Below are positions 1 through 8,286 of a stretch of DNA of 44,184 nt, one piece after another. A program made the translations under genes and the position numbers. The stretch spans positions 1-44,184 of the IMG/VR virus record IMGVR_UViG_3300023314_000003. One strand, 5' to 3'. The notes under the pieces were generated by a model that worked only from the letters and a program-made list of their open reading frames with translations, was not told the DNA's origin and did no database searches. This DNA comes from a virus. Taxonomy: Duplodnaviria > Caudoviricetes. The first letter of the stretch is position 1. Every line of letters begins with the position of its first letter.

Positions 1-127
1 TGAGGGCGGTGATGACTTTGCAACAGGGGCGGCTAAACTAATTGGCGATAAGATTTATATTACAGATGTTTTGTACAACACAGACGGTGCAGACTTTAAC
101 GAGGCTGCATTGGTTAGGTTGTGTTTG
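1..127. repeat. Terminal direct repeat, copy 1 (circular assembly overlap)
   Basis: Bases 1-127 are identical to 44058-44184, and the TerL frame continues across the join. Confidence 0.97.
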
Positions 128-490
128 GCGGTAAAAGCAGGTAGTTGCGGAGTTGAATCTGTGTTAGGTTGGAAAGAAACAGCCGAACGGGTAAGAATAG
201 AATTAGAAGAAAAAAACTATCAGGGTGAGTTTAGGTTGTTGCGACCGCGTACAGGTAAACACAGCCGTATATTAAATCGCGCTTCATTTATAAGAAATAA
301 TTTCTATTTTCGTAAAGATTATAACGATTATCCAGAATATGCTAAGTTTATGAGGAATTTAACTTCTTATTTGCGCATACAAGAAGCAGGCAGGGGCAAC
401 AAGCACGACGATGCACCCGACATATGCGAAATGATAGCCGTTTATTATGAAAAGAATTTTGCACATTTGTATGGTAACAACTCTAACTAA
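2..490 (+). CDS. terL: Terminase large subunit, C-terminal nuclease part (continues from 43045)
   Basis: In frame with 43045..44184 across the overlap; RNase H-like acidic motifs (ADPANEGGDD, KHDDAPD); directly upstream of the portal. Confidence 0.92.
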   Translation, partial: EGGDDFATGAAKLIGDKIYITDVLYNTDGADFNEAALVRLCLAVKAGSCGVESVLGWKETAERVRIELEEKNYQGEFRLLRPRTGKHSRILNRASFIRNNFYFRKDYNDYPEYAKFMRNLTSYLRIQEAGRGNKHDDAPDICEMIAVYYEKNFAHLYGNNSN

Positions 491-1939
491 ATGACTTGGT
501 ATAATCCTACAACATGGGGCAAGGATATTGCTACACGGAGCGCAGGCATGACAGCCGATAGTTTCCCTGATAAAGTTTTCGTACAAGGCCCATTCGGCGA
601 CCAATACCATATGAATGACTATGAGTATTCAGGTGATGCGCCAGCGAGATTAGACAGGACAATTGATAATTTATTATACGGCGATTACGGACGACAAAAC
701 TTTATACAGCTATTTTATTCTCTTCCTGAAATATTCGCACCAATAAACGAAATAGCAAGCAGGGTGGCCGATGCAACATGGCAGTTACGTAAGTCATGGA
801 ATGATGAGGTAGATTATAATGACACCGAGTTTAATAGGCTTTTTAGCAAGCCAAACCCATTAAGAACATTTAAGCAATTTGTTTATGAGGCTGTTTGTTA
901 TGAGTATCTAACTGGCGCAAACATCGAGTACTTTAACAGACCGTTAGTATTGCCTGACGAATACCGAAACTATTTAAGCTGGTTCAATCTACCATCTGAT
1001 AAAGTTTGCATTGAGCGAATTAAAAACGCTGATATCTATTCTTCTACAGAAATTACAGATCTTGTAAGCGGCTATAAAGTTGGAAACAGGCAATTTGATG
1101 TTTCTAACGTTTTGCCATTCATTACAGGCAATTTACAAAAGCCCGAAGATATTACGTCTTTTCGCTCACCATTATGCGGCGCTAAGTTAGCCATTAAAAA
1201 CCTTTTGCCTGTTTATGAAGCGCGTGGGGTGATATATATCAAGCGCGGAGCATTAGGTTTTTTGGTTTCTAAAAAGTCAGATGAAAGCGGTTTAATTAGC
1301 CTAACTAAAAACGAGAAACAAGAAGCGCAAGAGGAATTCCAAAATACATACGGTCTTAGAGGTGATAAACATCAGGTAGGTGTAAGTTCCGCTCCCGTTG
1401 ACTTCATTAAGACATCAATGAGTATACAGGAATTGCAACCTTTTGATGAAACATTGGCCGATGCTGTAGCTATATATTCCACGTTAAAAGTACCACGCCA
1501 CTTAGTACCTACCAAAGACCAAAGTACATTTGCCAATGCAGATGCAGACATGAAGTCTTTTTACGCTAACGTAATTATCCCCTGCGCTAATCGTTACGCA
1601 GAGGCATGGACAAATAAGTTTAAGTTTGATCGTCGTTATATTTACGCAGACTTTTCTAACATACCTGAATTGCAGGAAAACCGAAAAGAGAAAGCAACGG
1701 TTGATAAAACAATGGGCACAGTATGGTTGGAACGTTGGACAAACGGTGTATGTACGCTCAATGACTGGTGTGTATCTGCCGAGTTGCCAAAAGGTTCAGG
1801 CAGTATTTACGAAAAGAAAATATTCGACTTAACACCCGAAGAATTGCAATTGGCAAAAAATGTATTAAATTTGAAAGCAAATGTCACTACATCCCAAGAT
1901 ACAGGAACTACGCAAGAGAGCAGCACCAATCAGTTATAG
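491..1939 (+). CDS. Portal protein (HK97-like)
   Basis: 482 aa between TerL and the protease; portal-like segments (INEIASRVA, SPL, LKVPRHLV, STFANA, F-Y-x-x-x-I-x-P). Confidence 0.88.
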   Translation: MTWYNPTTWGKDIATRSAGMTADSFPDKVFVQGPFGDQYHMNDYEYSGDAPARLDRTIDNLLYGDYGRQNFIQLFYSLPEIFAPINEIASRVADATWQLRKSWNDEVDYNDTEFNRLFSKPNPLRTFKQFVYEAVCYEYLTGANIEYFNRPLVLPDEYRNYLSWFNLPSDKVCIERIKNADIYSSTEITDLVSGYKVGNRQFDVSNVLPFITGNLQKPEDITSFRSPLCGAKLAIKNLLPVYEARGVIYIKRGALGFLVSKKSDESGLISLTKNEKQEAQEEFQNTYGLRGDKHQVGVSSAPVDFIKTSMSIQELQPFDETLADAVAIYSTLKVPRHLVPTKDQSTFANADADMKSFYANVIIPCANRYAEAWTNKFKFDRRYIYADFSNIPELQENRKEKATVDKTMGTVWLERWTNGVCTLNDWCVSAELPKGSGSIYEKKIFDLTPEELQLAKNVLNLKANVTTSQDTGTTQESSTNQL

Positions 1940-2627
1940 TACAACTATTGTTACTATTAACGGCGAATTACAGGAACGCGAAAGTCTTTTAGACAAACGT
2001 GTAGTAGAGGGATATGGCTGTATTTGGGGTCAACCTAACTTGCATCAGGAACGTTTTTTTAAAGGCGCATTTTTGCGTAGCATAGCAGAGAATGGCCCAG
2101 ATAGCGGGGCAGCATATCAAATTAAATTCCGTGACGAACATGGCAGGGCTTGCGCCTTGTTTGAGGTTCTAAAAGAAGATGAAATAGGGTTGTATTTCCG
2201 TACTAAGCCCTTAGACGATGTTAGTTGGGCAGACGATATGCTTACCCAACTACGTAGCGGTACAATCAATAACTTTAGCAACGGATTTAAATATATTTTT
2301 GATGACAAGTCAACCAAATGGAACGAGAAAGATGAGTTGATTGATATATTTAACGCAAGGTTGTTTGAGATCAGTGGCACCGCTATCCCATCGGATATGA
2401 AAACGTTTGCTATCCGTTCTATTGATAGCGATGAATTATTTGATTTAACCGAGGACTTCATTAAATCACTACCTCGTAAAAATCAGTTAGAAGCACGCAG
2501 AATATTTGCCTATCATAAATCGCAATTTGAAGTTGAGGCGCAGCAGGAACAAGCCGAAGCCCTTAAAGTAGAAACGCCGATAGAGAAAAGAGCAATTGAT
2601 TATAATTATTTAATTAACAAACTTTAA
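1881..2627 (+). CDS. Prohead protease (HK97 family)
   Basis: VEGYGCIW, EH, EDEIGLYF, FSNGF and LFEISG..IPS motifs; lies between portal and capsid. Confidence 0.88.
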   Translation: MSLHPKIQELRKRAAPISYSTTIVTINGELQERESLLDKRVVEGYGCIWGQPNLHQERFFKGAFLRSIAENGPDSGAAYQIKFRDEHGRACALFEVLKEDEIGLYFRTKPLDDVSWADDMLTQLRSGTINNFSNGFKYIFDDKSTKWNEKDELIDIFNARLFEISGTAIPSDMKTFAIRSIDSDELFDLTEDFIKSLPRKNQLEARRIFAYHKSQFEVEAQQEQAEALKVETPIEKRAIDYNYLINKL

Positions 2628-2637
2628 AATCATTAAC

Positions 2638-3963
2638 ATGACAGCAGAAGAACAAGCCGCTCATGATGCTCTTTTAGGCAAAGTAAAAGAAGTTGCCAAA
2701 AAAGAAATCGAAGCACGTGGCTACACAGACAGCGAAGCGGTTCAGAACCTACTGAACAACACGCTAAAAGATTTACCACTTGACGCACTGCGCAAGTACA
2801 CCGAAGAAACTGACAAACTTAACTTATCTATCCGCAACATTGCAGGCGAGTTAGAGAAAGTTAAAAACATTCGCGTAGGTGAAGTATCAAACGATGATAC
2901 CAAAGAACTTATTCAACGTTCAATCAACTCATTGCTTTTCCCTGAAGAAGGTAAAACAAGTGATGTAGAAATGATGATGCGTGAAAAAGGCAGGGGTTCA
3001 CAAAAAGAGGTTGTACTAAACATTCGTGCAGCCGCGAATATGCAAACTGACAATACTATAAACGAAAACAACTATCCGCTTGCGATGATTGAATCGTTTA
3101 ACGTTATTGACGGCGTTGTTAAAAAACGTAGAGGTACGCAATACATTTTTGATATTGCAGACGTTACTACGGTCGGCGAATTAGAAGAGTACACTACGTG
3201 GTTAGAAGAAGGTACAGAACAAGGCGCGTTTGCTATAGTAGCAGAGGGCGCGGTTAAACCTTTAGTTTCTTATGCATTGGTACGTAACTTCGCTAAAGCT
3301 AAAAAAGTTGCGGCAAAATATGTTATCACAGAGGAGTTTGCTAAATTCCGTAAGAAAGCACTGCAAATAATTCAGAACTTAATTAACGACAAAATCCTAC
3401 GTGATTATGCCGCTATATTAACAACTGACTTACAGGCACAGGCAGCGTCTTACGTGGGGACATCTTTGGATGATACATTTGTTTCCCCTAATGACTATGA
3501 CGCTATTGGTGCAGTAGCAGCACAGATAGAAACCTTAAATTTCTTTCCTGACTTGCTAATAATTCACCCGCAAGACAAATGGCGTTTATCTTTAGAGAAA
3601 GATAGCCAAGGCCGTTATTACATGATGATCCCAATGTACAATCCCGATGGACTTGTAGTAATGATGGGTTTCCGTGTATTGACAAGCACTTATCAAACTA
3701 TCGGAACATTTACATTAGGTGAAAGCGGTTTGTTCAAAATTGAGCAAGAGGCGTTAACAATCCGTATGGGTTATGGTATCGACTTTACTACTGCTACCGT
3801 TTCAGGTACCAGCGTTGTAACTTCAGTAACAAGCGACTTTGACAACAACCGTATGCGTATAATTGTAGAGAACTTCTTTAAAGATTATATCGCAACCAAC
3901 AACATCGGTTCATTTGTTACCGCATCATTCGCAACAGTTAAAGCAGCACTTTTAAAACCTTAA
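2638..3963 (+). CDS. Major capsid protein (HK97 fold, N-terminal coiled-coil scaffold domain)
   Basis: 441 aa; VAEGAVKP, IHPQD..L..EKDSQGRY and GFRV motifs; position after the protease. Confidence 0.92.
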   Translation: MTAEEQAAHDALLGKVKEVAKKEIEARGYTDSEAVQNLLNNTLKDLPLDALRKYTEETDKLNLSIRNIAGELEKVKNIRVGEVSNDDTKELIQRSINSLLFPEEGKTSDVEMMMREKGRGSQKEVVLNIRAAANMQTDNTINENNYPLAMIESFNVIDGVVKKRRGTQYIFDIADVTTVGELEEYTTWLEEGTEQGAFAIVAEGAVKPLVSYALVRNFAKAKKVAAKYVITEEFAKFRKKALQIIQNLINDKILRDYAAILTTDLQAQAASYVGTSLDDTFVSPNDYDAIGAVAAQIETLNFFPDLLIIHPQDKWRLSLEKDSQGRYYMMIPMYNPDGLVVMMGFRVLTSTYQTIGTFTLGESGLFKIEQEALTIRMGYGIDFTTATVSGTSVVTSVTSDFDNNRMRIIVENFFKDYIATNNIGSFVTASFATVKAALLKP

Positions 3964-3967
3964 TATC

Positions 3968-4201
3968 ATGGCTCAGAAATCAAAAGAAGAAGAAATAGTA
4001 CCAGCAGGACAAGAGGATATTAAGCCTCTAACTACTGCCAACTCTGTAGTTGACGGCGGTACATTGGTTAGACCAAAAGAAGATGTTGTAATTATCGGCA
4101 CTAAAGACAGTTTATTAGGCGATGGGATTGAGCACACAGTTCACCGTGTACTTGCTGATAAACTTGTTAAAAAAGGCCAGGCAACTCTTAAAAAAGACTA
4201 A
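3968..4201 (+). CDS. Small head-associated hypothetical protein
   Basis: 77 aa directly after the capsid gene; ends ADKLVKKGQA. Confidence 0.6.
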   Translation: MAQKSKEEEIVPAGQEDIKPLTTANSVVDGGTLVRPKEDVVIIGTKDSLLGDGIEHTVHRVLADKLVKKGQATLKKD

Positions 4202-4204
4202 TCA

Positions 4205-4756
4205 ATGGCAAATATAATACAGACTACCGACTTTAAAGGTGAAATTCAGATAGCCAATGTTGCTCAGGAAGATGTTGCAGCAGACCTAAATGTTTTCATA
4301 ACCAAATATGAGCCTCGTTTTTTGAAGCAATTATTTGGTGAAAGTTTTTATGCTGTATTTATTACCGACATAGACGAGGAAAGATTTACAGACCTGATAG
4401 CTATAGCAGAATTTAAACCTGCTATAGCTTCATATATCTACTATTGGTATATCAGAGATCAGGTTACGCAAACGGCAGGTGTAGGCAACGCTGAAAGTAA
4501 ATCAGGCAACGCCACAATAACCAGCAAGGGCAGAAAGCAAACAAGGGCGTTTAATGAAATGGTTAAGTATGTTTACGAGATTATTCGATACATTACTACA
4601 TCAGGACTTTACCCTGAATATGTTATGCCACAATGGTTACAATGGAGGATGCAGCATTACGGACAGTATTGGTACAGCAGCGAGCGTTATTATTACCCAT
4701 ATCAATTTAGATTGATACCTGAAATATTTAGCAGCATAACAGAAAACAACATATGA
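4205..4756 (+). CDS. Putative head-tail adaptor
   Basis: Position in the morphogenesis operon; helical 183 aa; function inferred from synteny. Confidence 0.5.
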   Translation: MANIIQTTDFKGEIQIANVAQEDVAADLNVFITKYEPRFLKQLFGESFYAVFITDIDEERFTDLIAIAEFKPAIASYIYYWYIRDQVTQTAGVGNAESKSGNATITSKGRKQTRAFNEMVKYVYEIIRYITTSGLYPEYVMPQWLQWRMQHYGQYWYSSERYYYPYQFRLIPEIFSSITENNI

Positions 4757-5307
4757 CAAACAAACCAGTATATATCCCTGATATTATTGGCGAAAATGTC
4801 GCACGTGTTCAGACTAAGTTATTAGCAGCTTTTCAGGTTTTAGACCCGACAATAATAGGTATCAATTACCAGTACGGGCCATATAAAGAAGTGTTTGGCA
4901 ACCTTGTTCAGATGACTAAAACAAATGACACAAGCGTTAAAAAATACCCTTTGGTTTGGTTGGTATTACCATTGTTTGAACGGATGGGAACTGATATAGG
5001 CGTTTACGGTGTAGAGCCTATTAGGATAATAATAGCACGTTGGGGTAATGCCAGAGATAAGACACCAACAAGGTATGAAAAAAACTTTAAAAAGTTTCTT
5101 TACCCGATTTACATGGAGTTGTTAAATCAATTTAGCTTAGATAAGCGGTTGTTAAAAACAGATTCAAACGGGTTTAAGCATACTAAAATTGATTGGCCTT
5201 ACTGGGGTGGTGATAATCCAACACCAGATGTAAATGTACTTTCGGACTACGTAGACGCTATAGAGATCAAAGATTTAGAATTAAAAATTAAACTATCTAA
5301 CTGTTAA
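4753..5307 (+). CDS. Putative tail completion/terminator protein
   Basis: ATGA-coupled; KYPLVWL motif; immediately before the major tail protein; function from synteny. Confidence 0.45.
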   Translation: MTNKPVYIPDIIGENVARVQTKLLAAFQVLDPTIIGINYQYGPYKEVFGNLVQMTKTNDTSVKKYPLVWLVLPLFERMGTDIGVYGVEPIRIIIARWGNARDKTPTRYEKNFKKFLYPIYMELLNQFSLDKRLLKTDSNGFKHTKIDWPYWGGDNPTPDVNVLSDYVDAIEIKDLELKIKLSNC

Positions 5308-5312
5308 ATAAA

Positions 5313-6263
5313 ATGGGAGTTAAAAACGTATTAGTAAGTTGCGCTGGTAACTTCGGCAATACAGGTTTTGGTGAATGCTTCACCGACTTTGGTATGCCTA
5401 AGTTTATCTTCTTTGTCCCTCGCGGTTTCAAGGGAGATTTAACCAGCATTGCAACGATAAAAGCAGACCTTGAGGCTTTGCTTTTAGAGGACGTACCATC
5501 ACAACGGGGTTATCCTGTTAATGGTATCGTAAATGTTACATCAAATTCAGAGGATGTAGTAGTTCAAACATTTAATACTGGCGCAATAGCAAAAGTTCGC
5601 GATGGTAACTATGACATTACCGTACAATGGGTACAAGGTGGCTTCTGCTTGCTTTATGGCCTATTAAAAGGTAACGGCAAAAATCAACCGTTCCTTATCG
5701 GTACTGACAATGGGTTCTTAATCGGAACTGATACAGGTGACGGTTTACTGTCACCTATCAAACCTAACTTTGTTAACGCTAACAAATTTACTTGGAGCGA
5801 TGGCACAAACGTTTCTGCGTATACTTTGCGCTTAAACTTTGAGCCTGCACAGGTAAATCAAAACGTAAACTTTGTTGACTTTTCAAATGATGGCGGTTTG
5901 TCATACTTTGAGGGATTACAAGGCTTGCAAAATGTTAACTTAGCACAGGCAGCAGCAAGGGCATTAGGTGTATTGAAGGTTAAGGCTTCAACATCTTGCG
6001 GTAGTGTTGATATGTACGACTTATACAGCGCAGACTTAGCGGTTGTAGGTGCATGGGTAGCAACAAACCGTTTAACAGGTAATGTTATTACAATTACTTC
6101 GGTAGCTGCAGATGCGAATGTTAAGGGTTGGACAATTACCCTTAACACCGCTGATCCTGATTACACAGCAACAGCAGGCGACATACTTATTTCATTGGCT
6201 GGCCCAACTGAATTGGCCGCTATTGATGTTGTAGGTTATGAATCAAATAAACTTGCTCAATAA
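5313..6263 (+). CDS. Putative major tail (tube) protein
   Basis: 316 aa, beta-rich; N-terminal C..NTG..C motif and an Ig-like C-terminal extension; synteny. Confidence 0.6.
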   Translation: MGVKNVLVSCAGNFGNTGFGECFTDFGMPKFIFFVPRGFKGDLTSIATIKADLEALLLEDVPSQRGYPVNGIVNVTSNSEDVVVQTFNTGAIAKVRDGNYDITVQWVQGGFCLLYGLLKGNGKNQPFLIGTDNGFLIGTDTGDGLLSPIKPNFVNANKFTWSDGTNVSAYTLRLNFEPAQVNQNVNFVDFSNDGGLSYFEGLQGLQNVNLAQAAARALGVLKVKASTSCGSVDMYDLYSADLAVVGAWVATNRLTGNVITITSVAADANVKGWTITLNTADPDYTATAGDILISLAGPTELAAIDVVGYESNKLAQ

Positions 6264-6514
6264 TGGAACGCGGTTCGTTTAATAAGAAGTACGCCCAAAG
6301 TGTTAGTAAGGCCGACTTCGTTAAGCAACATGAACACCTGAAAGAGCAATTTGATTTGGGTAATGAGTGGGAGGATTTGCAGGAGAAAAAAAAACCAAAA
6401 GGTGAAAAGCAAACCACTATAAACGAGCCAAATCCAGATTATGGTAAAAGGTCTGCTCAGGATGAAATAATGAGCCATAAAGGCGCACACCCTGACGATT
6501 TAAAGGCTGGTTAA
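6263..6514 (+). CDS. Hypothetical protein (possible tail assembly chaperone)
   Basis: TAATG-coupled to the tail tube gene; 83 aa, charged. Confidence 0.45.
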   Translation: MERGSFNKKYAQSVSKADFVKQHEHLKEQFDLGNEWEDLQEKKKPKGEKQTTINEPNPDYGKRSAQDEIMSHKGAHPDDLKAG

Positions 6515-6543
6515 AAATAGTTTTCATATCAGTTTTGTTAATT

Positions 6544-6572
6544 AGCCGCTTAGAAATAGGCGGCTTTTTTTT
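6544..6572 (+). terminator. Intrinsic terminator between convergent units
   Basis: AGCCGCTTA-GAAA-TAGGCGGCT hairpin followed by a T run. Confidence 0.85.
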
Positions 6573-6573
6573 G

Positions 6574-6666
6574 TTATGATATTTTATTTGCTTTGTAAAT
6601 AAGAAAAATTAAACCTATCCAAATAGCTGCTATTTCAATATAGGCTATTGTCATACTCCATCTCAT
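6574..6666 (-). CDS. 30-aa single-TM micropeptide
   Basis: MRWSMTIAYIEIAAIWIGLIFLIYKANKIS; start overlaps the stop of the upstream RHH gene (TGATG). Confidence 0.45.
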   Translation of the reverse strand: MRWSMTIAYIEIAAIWIGLIFLIYKANKIS

Positions 6667-6905
6667 CATTTTATTATAGAATTAGGACGAACACCGCATT
6701 TACTACAAACGGCTTCGTAATTATCAATATGACAACTGCCATTATTATTTATTTGACGGGTAATATAAACATGGTCGCAACCATCGAAGCGAACGCTTAA
6801 TATCGTCTCCACCATATTATTAAAACTACGATTTTCTTTTTTCGCCAACTGCTCTATTTTTTCGATGAGTTCGGCTTCTATCTTAATGCTTTTGTGTTGT
6901 TTCAT
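6666..6905 (-). CDS. Ribbon-helix-helix (Arc/CopG-like) regulator with C-terminal Cys/His motif
   Basis: KSIKIEAELIEKIEQLAKKENRSFNNMVETIL is an RHH pattern; followed by CDH...CSKC. Confidence 0.75.
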   Translation of the reverse strand: MKQHKSIKIEAELIEKIEQLAKKENRSFNNMVETILSVRFDGCDHVYITRQINNNGSCHIDNYEAVCSKCGVRPNSIIK

Positions 6906-7216
6906 TTTATTGCAGGTGTAAAAGTTATAAAAAAAGTAATTTTATCTTTTGGGAAATCGTCCCCATCATAAACGGAGCCAGTTCGCATTGTGCCGATTAA
7001 AACATCCTGTACAAAATATTCCGTGTCACCATTAGGGTATATCTTGCTTGTTAGCTTATTGGCATCTTGAATTAAATCAAACGGCCTACCTAAGTAATTT
7101 TCTAAAGCCTCATTTAAAACATTGTGGTATCTTAAAGCCGCCTTCTTGTTAATATATTCATTAATTTTAGGTATATCGTTAATGTTTTCTTTGTGTATAT
7201 GCCTTATCATTTTCAT
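6902..7216 (-). CDS. Hypothetical protein (moron), 104 aa
   Basis: Start re-assigned to ATG 7216 (MKMIRHIHKE), just after a GTTGTATATTAG promoter-like box; ATGA-coupled to the RHH gene. Confidence 0.6.
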   Translation of the reverse strand: MKMIRHIHKENINDIPKINEYINKKAALRYHNVLNEALENYLGRPFDLIQDANKLTSKIYPNGDTEYFVQDVLIGTMRTGSVYDGDDFPKDKITFFITFTPAIK

Positions 7217-7280
7217 AAGTGCTAATATACAACACTTAGTAACACCATGCAAAATTATTTTAAATTTGTTACCTTTGAAC
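7217..7280. promoter_or_regulatory. Divergent Bacteroidota-type promoters
   Basis: + strand TACCTTTG at 7270-7277, 3 nt before ATG 7281; - strand TTTG ... TATATTAG before ATG 7216. Confidence 0.6.
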
Positions 7281-7727
7281 ATGGGCACCATCTCCGCTTT
7301 CAACCAACGCATACAACAAGTTGACTTTAGAGCAACGGTAGTATTGTGCATGGAACAAAGCCAATATGAGATATTATCTTTCAATAGGGGGCAGCTATTC
7401 ATGGGTGAAACAAGCACGGACAAACTTATATCTCCCATGTACCGCAGCGAAGGATATGCAGAATTTAAAGAGAGTATAAACCCTAAACCGGGCAAAGGTG
7501 TACCGGATTTATTTGTTACAGGGGAATTTTATAATGGGTTATTTGTATCATTCAACAAAGTAAAATACACTTTTACAGTTGCCAGCCGTGACAGCAAAGC
7601 GCCTAAATTAGAACGTAAATATGGTGAAAAAATATATGGGCTTAATTCAGAAAATAAGGGGTATTTTGCAACAGAAATCCTTAGACCAAAACTTATCAGC
7701 CGTCTCCGCGACCAACTCGGTTTATAG
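7281..7727 (+). CDS. Putative tail/neck morphogenesis protein (HK97 gp10-like position)
   Basis: Start re-assigned to MGTISAF; PDLFVTGEFYNG resembles the L..TG.L..S motif of neck proteins. Confidence 0.5.
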   Translation: MGTISAFNQRIQQVDFRATVVLCMEQSQYEILSFNRGQLFMGETSTDKLISPMYRSEGYAEFKESINPKPGKGVPDLFVTGEFYNGLFVSFNKVKYTFTVASRDSKAPKLERKYGEKIYGLNSENKGYFATEILRPKLISRLRDQLGL

Positions 7728-8286
7728 CACGTGCGCTGATTTGCCGCTGTATAACTGGATTGAACTTTGTGTAACTGGCGATTTGAAATGGTTAGTAAAA
7801 GATGGGGAACCTACAGATTTGAGTGAAGCATATTTAGCCATAGCTGATGAATATAGCGAAGTTGCTAAAGACCCACAGGCACTACATACGTTAACACTAA
7901 AAAAACAGATTGCTATACTCAATAATAAATTAGTCTGCATACAGTTGGCGGTTGACCACTTGCAAACGGTAAGAAATGAAGAAGTTATTGCTATATTGCG
8001 TAAGGATTTGGGTTTTGCCTCATTAAATTATGCTGACTTAGAAAAAGATTTGCCTAGAACTATTAATTTAGCGAAGTCAATGTATGCTAAATTACAGATT
8101 TTAGAGAAGCAATTAGGTGAGCAGGTTAAGAAACCGGGCGGCGAAGTGACAAGAGAGGGTTATTATAGGGAAATTCAGATAATAGCGGATTGGGCTAAGA
8201 TACATATTTCACCCAAAAAATATAGCGTAATGGAATATATTGTGTTAAAAAACGCATTTAAAGGAGCAGAAAATGGCGGGAAATAG
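7621..8286 (+). CDS. Hypothetical protein upstream of the tape measure gene (possible chaperone)
   Basis: Helical ORF overlapping the previous gene; true start uncertain (7621, 7636 or TTG 7741). Confidence 0.55.
   Translation: MVKKYMGLIQKIRGILQQKSLDQNLSAVSATNSVYSTCADLPLYNWIELCVTGDLKWLVKDGEPTDLSEAYLAIADEYSEVAKDPQALHTLTLKKQIAILNNKLVCIQLAVDHLQTVRNEEVIAILRKDLGFASLNYADLEKDLPRTINLAKSMYAKLQILEKQLGEQVKKPGGEVTREGYYREIQIIADWAKIHISPKKYSVMEYIVLKNAFKGAENGGK

Noticed and set aside
1-127. Biological terminal repeat
   Set aside because: It falls mid-terL and is 127 bp, a common assembler k-mer length; best explained as a circular assembly overlap.
6386-6394. A9 run as a tail-chaperone frameshift site
   Set aside because: Both shifted frames hit stops within about 10 codons, so no extended product results.
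7122-7495. Long antisense overlap of ORFs 6902..7495 (-) and 7122..7727 (+)
   Set aside because: Resolved by starts at 7216 (-) and 7281 (+) with divergent promoter boxes between them.
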